Notes under the pieces: generated by a model
Seen by the model: only the letters and a program-made list of their open reading frames with translations
Database searches by the model: none
What the model was told of the DNA's origin: nothing
Shown here: piece by piece, positions 1-11,851 of the stretch
How positions within the stretch are numbered: the first letter of the stretch is position 1
How the letters are laid out: each line of letters starts with the position of its first letter
From: Paragordius varius
Lineage: Eukaryota > Animalia > Nematomorpha
NCBI GenBank assembly: GCA_964247055.1
Contig: OZ176057.1
Location: forward strand, 1,798,001-1,862,000
Length of the DNA stretch: 64,000 nucleotides
Direction: 5' to 3'
Translations under genes and position numbers: made by a program

Positions 1-487
1 AATGATCCACATATGTGGATTTTTTCGAAACATTATTTAATAACTATGATCTCATAGGAATTTTAAAACGGTGCATTCATACTAATATATTGTTTACTTA
101 AGCAAAAATTAGATTTAAAAAATTACCTTTTTAAAAAAATGGCATTTTACGGGGGGAGCGGGTAAAAAGAGGGCCTAAATTAAAAATGCGACCGACTATG
201 TTCGGCTCAATCGAAAATAAGTAAACAAAAATTATATTTGAAATTGAACGGTCCAACACGTTTTCCGGAAAATTGTCTCAAAGACACGATTTTTGTGGAC
301 GTTTTCAAAAAAACCCGTTTTTTACACGGGGTGGGCCCGGAACTGGGGGCCTAATTTAAAAAAGGGCGAAGTTATTGTCGGGGCATTCATAAATGATTTT
401 AATTTTTCGATATTTGGATTTGAATGGGTTTACCGGTTTTCCGGAAACAAATTACAAAGCCAGCATTTTCCATTAAATATATAGATT
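1..487 (+). mobile_element. Non-autonomous Helitron/Helentron-like dispersed repeat (family A), 5' part cut by window edge
   Basis: 1-260 aligns with 9067-9338 and 280-480 aligns with 11644-11851. It ends in ATATATAGATT, a terminus typical of invertebrate non-autonomous Helitron-like elements. The repeat status is seen directly; the family assignment is inference. Confidence 0.55.
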
Positions 488-1129
488 ATGTTTTTCTATG
501 GCTTAACACAATTAGACTGCCGGATATTTAATATACTAAAACAATCGTCTAAATAAAATTCGCAATTGTATATTAATATAAGTAAAATTGATGATAGTAA
601 CCACAATAATTGGGCTCAATCATAAAAGAGGTTTAAATCGCTATCTTAAGCACTCATAGTTTTTTATCACCTAATATCTAACGTAAGGTTAAAGAGCTAC
701 ACAAATGGCTTCGCCGTTCGCATTTTCAACTTAAACTTAAATTAAGCGGGCCGCAATCGAAAAAAATTGAACAGGTGGAAATCAAAAAATACTATATTAT
801 GCAATCATCTGTAAACAACCACCATATATCGGCTGGTTAGCGAATTTCGGAACGATATATTCAGATTCGCCTACATTAAAAAAAATAAAAATTGTATATA
901 TTTATCTTTACGACTTTCGTGTAAAATTTTTTTGATTTAAGCACTCATTATAGTTAATGTATATGTGATATAATTTTGATAACGGCATTAAAATAGCTCT
1001 TTACCTAAAATGGGTGTTAATAAAAAAAAGAGATAATTCTAAATAATATATCTTAAAAAATAATCTTTTAAAGTAAATGTTACACATTTTATAATTTTTA
1101 TTTTTTTTTGAAATTTTTCGTGAGCCGTA

Positions 1130-1163
1130 AATAATTTTGGAGGGCCGCGCATTCGAAACCCCT
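1130..1163 (-). mobile_element. hAT-type terminal inverted repeat remnant
   Basis: The minus strand reads CAGGGGTTTCGAATGCGCGGCCC, a CAGGGG start plus a GCGGCCC subterminal motif as in hAT ends. No partner end was found. Confidence 0.3.
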
Positions 1164-2286
1164 GGATTGTTATTTATTAATAATATTCTAAAGATTGAAT
1201 CAAAATTTGACAAAAACTAAAAACGGAAATTGGCCAAATATTATTAAAATCTTTGAAATTATAACCAGAGATACAATTTAAACAAACCCGTTAATTTTAG
1301 CCATTGTAAAACAGTGGTACTCAAATCGTGGACCTAAAAGTGCTTTTTTATGATCCTCAATTATTAATTTAATTATTAAATGTACCCATTAAGAGTAAAA
1401 ATCTGCATATGTGTCAAATAGCTATGCAATGTCATTAATGTTTGGGGAACGGCCATTAAAACACAAAATAATTTACGCGGGCCCTTAATTTGGTCAGTAT
1501 CAAAGGTGTAAACTCATTCGTTTTTTTAATTTAACCTTTATTATTATAATGGAAGGCCCTGCGTTTTCGTTATTTTTACAAATGCCTATATATTAATATT
1601 AGTTCTAAATGCATATATCCGATTTTCAAATAAAATCTTTAAGATATATTCTCTCAAAGTTAAGAGTAGCCTCCAAACTGTGCGCACTATGTGACAAAAC
1701 ATCCCTAAGGGGCCAAAGCTAATAATATTAAATTTAAATACCTTTTATGCTTTTTAAGAAAATCAAAATAAATTTAATATCATAAGAAATATGATATATT
1801 TTTTTGAGGATAATAAACCCATGTATCTTTTCCCACAATCGAAGTCATCATGGGAGGCACCCTGATATACATATATTCCATAATAGCATGCATTTTGGGC
1901 CAACAAAATGGTACACTCATCTTTAAAACCCGATAAATCCAACAGCATGATGCTAAATAGTTCATCCAATAAATTTTATATATTGACTGTTTTGCAATAC
2001 AATGAACAACATAGAAACGGTGAGGACGCATTTCTTATATTGAAAAAAATATGGTTAAAAATTATTTGAGAGATATTATAGTTTTTTAACTTTACAAAAA
2101 TAATAAATTATATTGTATTTATGATAAAATTTTGTTTTGTAAATTTGTTAGGGTTGAAAAAGATAGGCAAAATTTGGCATTTTTATTAAACAAGTAAATT
2201 TCGGATTTGAAATACCAGAAAAAATTAAAAAAATGAAATATATCAGTTATTAAAACGTAAATTTATTTAAAACATTATTTTTTTCT

Positions 2287-2423
2287 TTATTTGGCTTTAG
2301 TTCTAGTGTCAGCAGTCTTTGTGACAGGAGCTGTATGAGCAGTTTTTTCTGCATGTTTTTGTTCTTTTGCTTTTTCTAGTGCTCTTCGATTTGCATTATC
2401 AGATTTAACTTTGTCAAAATTCC
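2287..2423 (-). CDS. Candidate terminal coding exon, (x)NFDKVKSDNANRRALEKAKEQKHAEKTAHTAPVTKTADTRTKAK-stop
   Basis: It is preceded by ACTAATTTTTAG (branch-like CTAAT plus AG), is open for 44 codons from a phase-1 start and is richer in GC than its flanks. The TAA stop overlaps AATAAA and is followed by AT-rich UTR-like sequence. Protein not recognised. Confidence 0.55.
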
Positions 2424-2929
2424 CTAAAAATTAGTAAAAAAACAAAACTTTTCATGCTTCCGTTGATTAGAAAAAGTTACACAGATGTATCATAAAAAGT
2501 GGATCCAATTATAGTATTACTTCATAACCATTTGGGGTTTTACAACCTAGAGCCATTTAAAATTTAATAATTAAAAAAACCAAATAATGCTTTCTATGGC
2601 TTCACATAATACCTTTTATAAATTGGAAACCCATCTATTTTTAGACATCGATTTAATGGGGTAACTACTACCAGGCCTGTATAGTATTAAATATGTAATT
2701 GTCAAAAGGTTTCATTGATATCTCATAGATCTACCGAGGCAAAAAATCATCAAAAAACGTATTAAAATTTAATTAAAATGATATGTTTGAAGTAGTAAAC
2801 GCGAAATTAACCACTTTCACTATGTTAAAGTAATTTACAATTTAATTATAGCGATAGAATAAAAAGCAAATTAATTTACATGTACATAATAATGGTGTCG
2901 AACAGCTTAATATGGAGAATTTCGTTTTA

Positions 2930-3640
2930 AATTTATATAGATTTAGCTTATTTTATAATTTTTATTAGGATAGAAGCATAAAATTTGAACGTTCTTCTTT
3001 AGTGTTTTTAATATAAATTTATGGCACATGAGTTCACTAATTACGCGAATTTAAATCAATATAAGTGTGAATAACATAATAGTGGTAATAAATCTAACAA
3101 AATAAATACTTTGTATTTACGCACTATTAATTTCTAATTATAACAAATATGGAGATATTTATACTAAGCCATAAATTGACAAAATATAAATTAAAAGATT
3201 ATTAAGTGGGTTTAGTTATTTTATATAGTTTTTATTTCAAATAATTAATTAATGGTAGTCATATTTATTTAACACTTGGATGAAGCACATTCATTTTCAG
3301 TCCTTTTAAATTGGGGTAGTTGGATACCCCAGCCTAATTTAAACTTAAATACTTTATATATAATGGAAGGAATCGAAACCATGGCAATTTTTTCCACTTA
3401 TATACCATAGATTAACCGGAATATATAAAAATTCATTCAAAAATAGTTGATTACTTATTTTAAGGTAAAAAAAACTTAAAGGTAAAAATTTAGTCAACCT
3501 AACATGTGTGCATTAGGTAAATTAAAATAAAGCAAAATAAACCACTTATTTCATTTAGATATTATAGCTTATTTATATAACTTTTATTAGGATAGCATAT
3601 ATTTATATTAGTACCGTTTCCTTTAGTAGTTTTTAAAAAA
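2930..3640. repeat. Dispersed AT-rich repeat family C (internal duplication; inverted copy at ~29640-30160)
   Basis: 2935-3010 resembles 3555-3640. 3255-3345 is the reverse complement of ~30075-30160, 3480-3515 of ~29925-29960, and 2940-3010 of ~29645-29720. Confidence 0.55.
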
Positions 3641-3919
3641 TATCAACTTAAATTTAGTTTAAGGTATTTCGTTAACCCAATTTGGTTTGAAGTGTTAAAA
3701 CTTAGCAAGTGAATTATAATGTCCAGTCCAAATAAAAATATATTAAAATATTTACGTTGTTTGACATTATTAGTATTTTAAAATCACATCCGTATTTAGC
3801 GGCTTAAAGTTTGTGTTGAGTATATAATTTAGGGACACTACTTCTATTTGTTGGTTGTGAAAAGATAAGTTGTTATAGTGGTTATGAGCGTTTTAATCAT
3901 GATTTTAGTTTTTTTAAAG

Positions 3920-4476
3920 TTGATCGTCAATCATTGTCGTAGGCCATTGTTCATTTGTACCCAATTACTTTGCCATGTGGGGTTTTTATGTTTAGTGATG
4001 AATTGGAATAAAGCGATTTGATGATGTTTAAAATGTTATCTGAAACTCCCATCTGAGATAGTGCCTTCCACAGCGTGTCGTGCTTCACGCTGTCGAAGGT
4101 TTTTGTAAAATCAATGAAGCAGATGTGGGTTTCTTTCTGATATTCAATTTGTTTTTCGAATATCCAACGTATATTGCTGATCATGTCCTGCGATTGGTTC
4201 TAAATCCCGTTTGGGTATTAGAAAGTTCGGCTTCAATTATGCCTTGAATACGCCTGTGAATTATTTTGAGATAAACTTTTGATGCTTGGTTGATTAGCGC
4301 TATAGTTCTATAGTTCTTAAATGATTTAGGATCGCCTTTTTTCAAGATGGGGATGAGTATTGATTTGCACCAGTCTTGGGGGAATGAGGCGTGAGCAAAT
4401 ATCTTTTGGAATAAGTCAGTTAGGATATGAATTGGGATAAAACGAATGAGTTTGGTTGGAATATCGTTGTACCCTA
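3920..4476 (-). mobile_element. RTE-clade LINE reverse transcriptase fragment (inverted 5' portion)
   Basis: The minus-strand translation has the RT motifs GYNDIP...FPQDW...PILKKGDPKSFKNYRTIALINQASK...QTGFR and CFIDFTKTFDSVKH...LYS, ending near NNGLRQ. It is frameshifted. Confidence 0.9.
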
Positions 4477-5045
4477 TAAATACAACTAACAACAGCACCC
4501 CAGACATCAAAAGAAGAATAGGAATTGCTAGGACAAAAATGATAAAATATAATAAACTATGGTCATCACACGACATCAAACTTAAAACAAAAATCCGTTT
4601 AGTTAAAGCCCTAATATTTCCTAGCATGCTATATGCATCAGAAAGCTGGACAATAAAAAAGGTAGACGAAAAATACATTAACGCCTTCGAAATGTGGTGC
4701 TGGCGGAAGATACTTCGAATCACTTGCAAAGACAAAATAAAGAACACTATAATCCTTGACAAAATAAACCCCGAGATACACCTGATTGGCATGTGCCTCA
4801 AAATGAAATTATCATACTTTGGTCACATTACCAGAGCTAATGACTTGGAATTCCAACTAATGACAGGCAAGGTCGAAGGATCCAGGAAACGTGGACGCTG
4901 CAAGATGCGCTGGATCGAAAACCTAACCAGAGAAATCAATCTCTCTTTACAACAGCTAACATAACTCACTTACAATCGAATAAACTGGAGAAAATACACC
5001 TTCGAAAAAGCAATAAATCGACAACGATCTTTGCTACAATAAAAT
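4477..5045 (+). mobile_element. RTE-clade LINE 3' portion
   Basis: DIKRRIGIAR...LVKALIFPSMLYASESWTIKK...AFEMWCWRKILRI...LSYFGHITR...GKVEGSRKRGR...RW is the typical RTE/BovB C-terminal region. It ends in a short stem-loop and an A-rich tail. Confidence 0.9.
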
Positions 5046-5500
5046 AATATAATTTATATTTTATAATATTCTTTTGCGTAAATTTTAAGGTCGAGGAATG
5101 CAAATTAATGCACGTTAGGCATAATATAAGGGGATATATCGCGAAATCTCGGCATTTGCGACATCTAATTAATTTAATAATAATATTGTACTTTTTAATT
5201 ATTCTATATCATATATATGATATTTAAAATAGAGCCTTTAGCTTTTTCAACAAATTTATTTAGCATAATGCCGTCCAATTTCAACGATATCCAGCATTTT
5301 CATATAAAAGCACCACAATACTGATACAGTTATCTAGAGAGTATTATATATATATAATCAGGTAAATTTTTTTCCCATTTGTGTGCAGTTTATATAATAT
5401 TTTACCAAACAAAGCATTTACCATCAATGAAAATTTTTTTAGCATCATATTATAATTTGCAGCTTTCAGTTTTTTGAGTAATTCTAAATATTTCTTTAAA

Positions 5501-6844
5501 TATACCATTTTTCATGCAAAAACATCATTTTTTCAACCAAATGCAACATTTTTTCAACCAAACTCAACATTTTTTCAAACAAACGCAACATTTTTTCAAG
5601 CAAAACATTTTTTCGAACAAACGCAACATTTTTTCAAGCAAATACAACATTTTTTCGAACAAACGCAACATTTCTTCAAGCAAAGACAACAATTTTTCAA
5701 GCAAACGCAACATTATTTCAAGCAAACGCAACATTTTTTCAACCAACAACAACATTTTTTCAAGCAAAAACAACAATTTTTTTAATAAAAAACCATTTTT
5801 TTTATTTTAAGACATAAATTTAAAGTTAATGTAAATTAATTTTAGACTAGAATTATGATTTTTATTGTATTATCATCAATATTTGATGGTATGATTGATT
5901 TTCAAACATTTTAATTTAGCCCATAAATTGCATTATTTATTTATAAATATTTTTTTTATCAATCAATACAATTTGCACTTTAAGACTCTCTTTAAAAATT
6001 TAAAGTTATCCTTCGCTTAAAATTCCTTACATTTTTTGCAGTTTCCATACAACCGTTATTTTTGTACCTAATTATCTATTTTTTAAATTTAAACTAATAT
6101 CTCTATTTATTAGTTTTTAAAAAATTAATATTTTCATAGTAAAACAACTTTGTTTGAAAATTTTCTTTAATTTATCAATATTATAAATTTATTATTGTTT
6201 TAAACTAAATATTACCATCAATAACCCTCAAAACGTAGATATTTTTTAATATTAATTTATAGAAAATAATAAGGATATACGGTTCTTATGAAAGAAATGT
6301 ATTCACTTAAAAGTTTAGGTTAAATAAAAAAATAGGTTTAAATGATTGAATAATGAATATTTTATTGGGTCATTAATAAACGTTAGAATTAAAATTAAAA
6401 TATGAAGGATCAACTTGAAGTGTTCTAGGACTAAGTTTAAATTTAAAAGAACAATCTTGAAGCGCAGTATAGATTGATTAGGTGAAACTTAAGTTCTAAA
6501 AGAAAAAAATAATTATTATAAATAAATAATGCAATTTAATGCTAAATTAAAATGTTTGAACATCAAATATTGATGATAAAACAATAATCATAATTCTAGT
6601 CTAAAATTAATTTACATTAACTTTAAATTTATGTCTTAAAATAAAAAAAATGTTTTTTTATTTTAAAAAAATTGTTGTTTTTGCTTGAAAAAATGTTGTT
6701 GGTTGAAAAAATGTTGCGTTTGGATGAAAAAATGTTGTCTTTGGTTGAAAAAATGTTGCGTTTGGTTGAAAAAATGTTGCATTTGGTTGAAAAAATGTTG
6801 TATTTGGTTGAAAAAATGGTGTTTTTGCATGAAAAATGGTATAA
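5501..6844. mobile_element. Fold-back DNA element 1 (long TIRs with 21-bp tandem subrepeats)
   Basis: Arms ~5501-5958 and ~6502-6844 are reverse complements. Each starts TATACCATTTTTCATGCAAAAAC and carries tandem TTTTTTCAACCAAACGCAACA units. The spacer is non-coding. Confidence 0.8.
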
Positions 6845-7074
6845 TAACAACTCAAAACCAATAAACTAAGAGAATGCTAATCTTTCTATCAAGTTATTTG
6901 CCAGGATTATTTATAATTTATTGGCAAACTGTATATATAAATTTTTATTTTAAGTGCACAATGTATTTGAGAAATCATAATATCAGCTAAATAACGACTA
7001 CTCTTTCCAATAATCCTACTTTTTTCGACTAAATAATAATTTATTTAAACTTTAATGAACATTTAAGATATAAT

Positions 7075-8872
7075 TATACCATATCCGAGTCAAAATAAAC
7101 CTTTTCCCAGTCGATCGAAACATTTTTTCAGTCAATAAAATTTTCTCAATCAATAAAATGCAACGTAATACTAGGATATTATTTTTTATAAATACACATA
7201 TTGATTGGCAATTTTACCAAGTATATTACACAATCATTAATGACTTATTCTTTGGTTGGTTGGTTATTTCTGAGTCGTAAACGACTTTTTGAATTTAGTT
7301 TTCACTACTTATTTTCACCTTCTTCTATCTTTTACCGCTAGATTGAGATCGTTCAATGTCATTTTAGTCTCCTCTTTTATCATATCCAACCCCACCTCAT
7401 CGGTGGTCGGCCTCGTTTCCTTTGTCCTTCTACCTTCCCAAACATTGTATTTTTCTCTAGAGAAGATCGCATGACATGACCAAAAAATGTTAACTTTCTT
7501 TTTGGAATTATCTCCAGGATGTTTGGATTTTTTTCTGTAATTAGATTTCCATTCTTAATATCCTTCCAGGAGTATCCAAGCATCCTAAGCCAGCAGCTAC
7601 TTTCAAAAGCCATGAGCCTTTCTTTGTCTCTTTTTCTGAGAGTCCAGCTCTCACAACCATAGGTGGTGACCGGGAGAACAAAACAGTGGAATCTTTCAAC
7701 TCCTACGCTTTTGTTTTTTTCAAATCTTTAATAGTTTGTCATCGCTTCTTTAACCAATTATAATATTTCTGATGTCAGGAGTTGGAGACCCATCCTCTGA
7801 AATTGTAACGATAATTGTTTAACTACTTTTATTTCCACCCCTATATAATGATTGCAGGCTTTTCTTCAGTACATAATATTTTGGTTTTGTAAGGGAGTTA
7901 AGCATAAGAACATAACTCAAACTTTCCATGTTTTTTAAATTTATGATGTTTTTAAGATTTATTTTATCGATGGTTCGTATTGCTATTTGCGGAACGCTTT
8001 AAAACAGTTTTTTAACTGTCAAGTTTGTCGATAAAAATACTGTCGGAAAAAACTAAACAAAATTTTTTTTTGATAAAAATGTTTTTGATTTAAAAATATA
8101 TAAAAATGATATTTGACTAAAACAAGGCTGTCCAACTAAATGCCTTTGGCTGAATTTTTAACTCAAAAAGCACACAGTTCCGCATTCGAAAATACGGGCA
8201 TTCACATAAATTTTTGAGACATAAGACTGTAGAATACAAACATAATATAACAATTTTTTTAATTCGTTACTAATTAAATAGACTCATTCAGAATAATATG
8301 AATATTACTAAAATTTTGTGGGCATATTTTTGCATATGGATATCCAAATTTTTCGCGGGCAGCACAAAGAGACTAGGAAGGCCGCGTTGGGCTCACGATG
8401 CAAGTGATAAATATTACAAAATTAGGGTAAAGTTTATGTTTATGATCCAATATGAATGTTAAATAACCTTTGAGCTAAAAATTGTATATTTATATAAATT
8501 TTATTATTTCATCCGTAACTATAGATTTTAAATTAGCCGCAAATATTAATGCGAACCATCAATAAAATAAAAAATATTATCTTAGAAATATTTCAAATTC
8601 CAAAAATATAACTTTTAAAGAATAATTAAAGATTGTGCACTGGAATATACTTGGAAAAATTGTCATTCAATAATTGTGTTTTTATAAAAAATAATATTTT
8701 AAGATTACGCTGAAAATGGAAAGTTATTTTTACTTGTTTTGATATTTATCATCAAAATAAAACGGTTTTCATTGACTGGGAAAATGTTCCGATTGACTGG
8801 CAAAATGTTTCGATTGACTGGGAAAACGTTTTGATTGACTGGAAAACGTATTTTTGACTGGGAAATGGTATA
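7075..8872. mobile_element. Fold-back DNA element 2 (different 21-bp subrepeat, same TATACCAT terminus)
   Basis: 7075-7225 is the reverse complement of ~8645-8872. The right arm has tandem ATTGACTGGGAAAATGTTCCG-like 21-mers. Both ends read TATACCAT inward. Confidence 0.7.
7250..7920 (-). mobile_element. Degenerate RTE-clade LINE 3' fragment nested in fold-back element 2
   Basis: VTTYGCESWT, AFESSCWLRMLG and FFGHVMR...GKVEGQRKRGRPPMRW are on the minus strand. The 3' end has an AGTCG-TTTA-CGACT hairpin followed by a (CCAA)n tail. Confidence 0.85.
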
Positions 8873-8970
8873 TCAAAGTTCTTTAAATTGCAATCATTCT
8901 TATCGAATGGCATTCATATATCATATTTTAAGCCATATTCTGGAATTTTTACCAATGGTTTTATTTTATA

Positions 8971-9338
8971 ACTAGCGTAAATCTCGTGCTGCTATGCAGC
9001 CCGAGGTAGTCCTTTGGGCTTCTGGGGGGGGGGGGGGGGGGGCTATTTTAAAAAAGGGACAATAAAATGATCCACATATGTGAATTATTTCGAAACATTA
9101 TTAAATAGCTATGATCTCATAAGAATTTCAAAACGGTGCATTCATACTAATATATTGTTTACTCGGGCGAAAAATAGATTCAAAAAATTATTTTTATGGA
9201 CTTTGTTTTTTGAAAAAATGGCATTTTACGGGGGAAGCGGGTAAAAAGAGGGCCTAAATTAAAAAAGCGAGACGACTATGTTTGGCGCAATCGAAAATAA
9301 GTAAACAAAAATCATATTTGAAATTGAATGGTCTAACA
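8971..9338 (+). mobile_element. Family A Helitron-like element, 5' half (interrupted by hAT)
   Basis: It starts ACTAGC with a hairpin CTCG-t-GCTGC-tat-GCAGC-c-CGAG and contains a 19-G run at 9024-9042. 9067-9338 aligns with 1-260. Confidence 0.6.
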
Positions 9339-9669
9339 CAGGGGTGTCCAACACAAATGGCTTGAAGAGCCACCTTTTCGACATCAAAATTTCGAAGAGC
9401 CACTTTTTATTTATATATATCAAGACATTGGTAACAAATAAATTATGCTAATCTTCATATCAAAAAGAAAATAAACAGTATAAATATAATAATGCTTTGC
9501 TAATTTAATTATATCAATAAAAAAAGATAAAAATACATGGATATGGTAAACTTATTGCAATTTGATAGTATGACTAGAGTAGACTGTGGCGAATTAATCG
9601 CCAAAATGTAACCTTTTTCATCTAATAAAAATAAAAAAAATAAATATTTTTCATTGCATAATTAAATTT

Positions 9670-11236
9670 TTAATTAGATATTTGTTTTGTAATTTTTTTG
9701 CTTAATTTATTCAGATCCATATCAATATTTGATAGCACATCTCAATTCATTCCCCAAGTTTTCATCAGTTGATAAAGAACGTGAAAGATATTTTGTGTAT
9801 TTCATTTTCGAAAAAAAACTTTCACAAAGATAAGTGGACCCAAAAGAAATTAATCTTTGTGCAAAAATTCTTAAATTAGCAAATTTATCAAACGTTATAT
9901 ATTTTTTATAAAATTCAATTTTTTTGTTCGCCCCAATAAAAATTTAAATTCATTATTGGATTGCAAATCTAGTAATTCCGTTTGTAAATTAATAGGAGCG
10001 TTGATAGTTTCAATGTAGAATGGACAACAAAATAAATCAAATATTTTTTCATGTTTTGTCATATCCCCGTATCGATTATTAAAAGCTTTTGATAATAGGT
10101 TAATTTGATCTGCATATTTTAAAAAATCGTTAGTTTCAGCTTTAAATCTATTCGATTCTGGAAAATATTCAGCATTATTTTTTTTAAATGACATTCAAAT
10201 AACGTCAATTTTTTTACAAAACGCTTTAATATGGTTATTCGCATCAACAATTAAATTATCTTGCTTTTGCAAGGATTTATTTAATTGATTTAGTTTTTCG
10301 GTAATATCTACGGAAAAGCATAAATCCTACAACCAATCGTCATTGGTTAATTCCTCTACCAAATAATTATTCTGCAATAAAAAAATTTATTTCTTTTAAT
10401 AAATTATACTTTTTAGACATTTCCCTCGACTAAGCCACCTTACATTTAAAAAAAATACAAGATCTCCATATTCTGAATGAATTCCTCACGGTTCCCTTGT
10501 TTTTTCCCATCATAGCTGGGGCACCATTTGTTGTCAAACAAGATAGCGCCCTCATATTTAATTTATTGTCCTCAATACATTTTAAAATTGCATGAAACAT
10601 ATCATCTCCCTTAGTTGTTTTTTTCATCGGAAGTAAGCCTAACATATCTTCTGTTATATTAAAAAATTCATCTATCCCTCGAATTAAGACTTCCAATTAT
10701 GATATGTTGCTTATATCTGTGCTTTCATCAAATGACAAGAAAAACGCCACAAAATTTTGAATTCTTTCTTTTAGGGAAAGATGAATTTCTTCTGCGATGT
10801 CTGTAATTTGTCGACACATAGTATTGCGCGAAAGACCTATACTGGATATTAATTCAACTTTATTAGGCAAAACACATTTTATAATTTCCAGTACGCATTC
10901 CTTTACAAACTCACCATCGGAATAAGGCTTCATTTTTTGGCGAGTAAATTGGCAACAATATAACTTGCCTTTACTATCGGATAAGGTTGCGTGAATGAAA
11001 TTGTTGGTTGGAGATCATTAATATTTAAAGATTCTAATTTTATTATTTTCATTTCTGTAGTCATATTAATAAAATCCAAATGCATGGTATTGGCATGTCT
11101 TTTTAAATTATTTCCGCGAAACCGTCGTTGTTAATTTGCAAATAAGGCACTCCGCTTTGTTAAAAATTTGAGTAAACCCATATTTTAATTCCCAGTCGGG
11201 ATTGTATTTTCTAGTTACTTTTTTAGATTTATGCAT
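9670..11236 (-). pseudogene. Disrupted hAT transposase (GTF2IRD2/SPIN-like)
   Basis: Fragments include W..KYGF...AECLIC...KRHANTMH, KPYSDGEFVKEC...LSRNTM...FLSFDESTDIS, TTNGAPAM (the expected catalytic Asp reads Asn), LQTELLDLQ and FGSTYLCESFFSKM. There are several frameshifts and stops and an internal deletion. Confidence 0.88.
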
Positions 11237-11239
11237 ATT

Positions 11240-11455
11240 GAAAGCTAAATAAAATATTTTAAATACCTATTTTTTTGCAAGTAATTTAATTTTTCAATGG
11301 ACCTTAATTATAATTCCCAGTATTGGTATGAATTCTAAATAAATTATTTTATAGACCTTCTTTTTGCAAGTATTTCAATGTTTCAATGGACCCAAATTAT
11401 AATTCCCAGTATTGGTATAAAAGCTAAATAAATTATTTATACCTATAATTTGATT
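11240..11455. repeat. ~89-bp tandem repeat (about 2.5 copies) upstream of the transposase start
   Basis: TTTCAATGGACC..ATTATAATTCCCAGTATTGGTAT recurs at 11292 and 11381. Confidence 0.7.
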
Positions 11456-11643
11456 TAATGTGAAAGTTATTATCTTGAAGTTGGAAATAACATGGAGGAA
11501 AAAATGTGTTTTATAAATGATTAAATGAATGCGATGATAGATAATTATAATAAAAAATTTTATTAAAAGTTTTTAAAAATAAATTTAAATGTCAAGATAA
11601 AAATGCATAATTTCAAATAAAAATTTTTTTAAAAAAATTAGAA

Positions 11644-11851
11644 AAAGACACGATTTTTGTGGACTTCTGTTTTCGAAAAAAAACCATTTTTCACACGGGG
11701 TGGGCCCGAACTGGGGGATTATTTCAAAAAAAGGGCGAAGCTATTGTCGGGGCATTCATTAATGATTGTATTTTTTCGAAGTTTGGATTTGAATGGGTCT
11801 ACCGGTTTTCCGGTACGATCACAAAGTCAGCATTTTCTATTTTTCTAAGAT
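11644..11851 (+). mobile_element. Family A Helitron-like element, 3' half
   Basis: Aligns with 280-480 of the first copy. Confidence 0.65.

Larger units (their letters stand above)
9339..11640 (-). mobile_element. hAT DNA transposon (Buster/SPIN, GTF2IRD2-like), one end missing
   Basis: A TIR CAGGGGTGTCCAACACAAATGGC starts at 9339 after the TA-centred 8-mer GTCTAACA, with subterminal GAAGAGCCAC repeats and transposase remnants inside. No TIR is present at the right junction, where family A resumes at ~11644. Confidence 0.85.

Noticed and set aside
293-484. ORFs 293-484, 11657-11848 and 11659-11916
   Set aside because: They lie within the family A repeat, and the frames are not conserved between copies.
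5474-6869. Listed ORFs with 7-residue periodicity (FFKQTQH..., LLEKMLR...)
   Set aside because: They are by-products of the 21-bp subrepeats in the fold-back arms; they are open in several frames on both strands and have no splice or start context.
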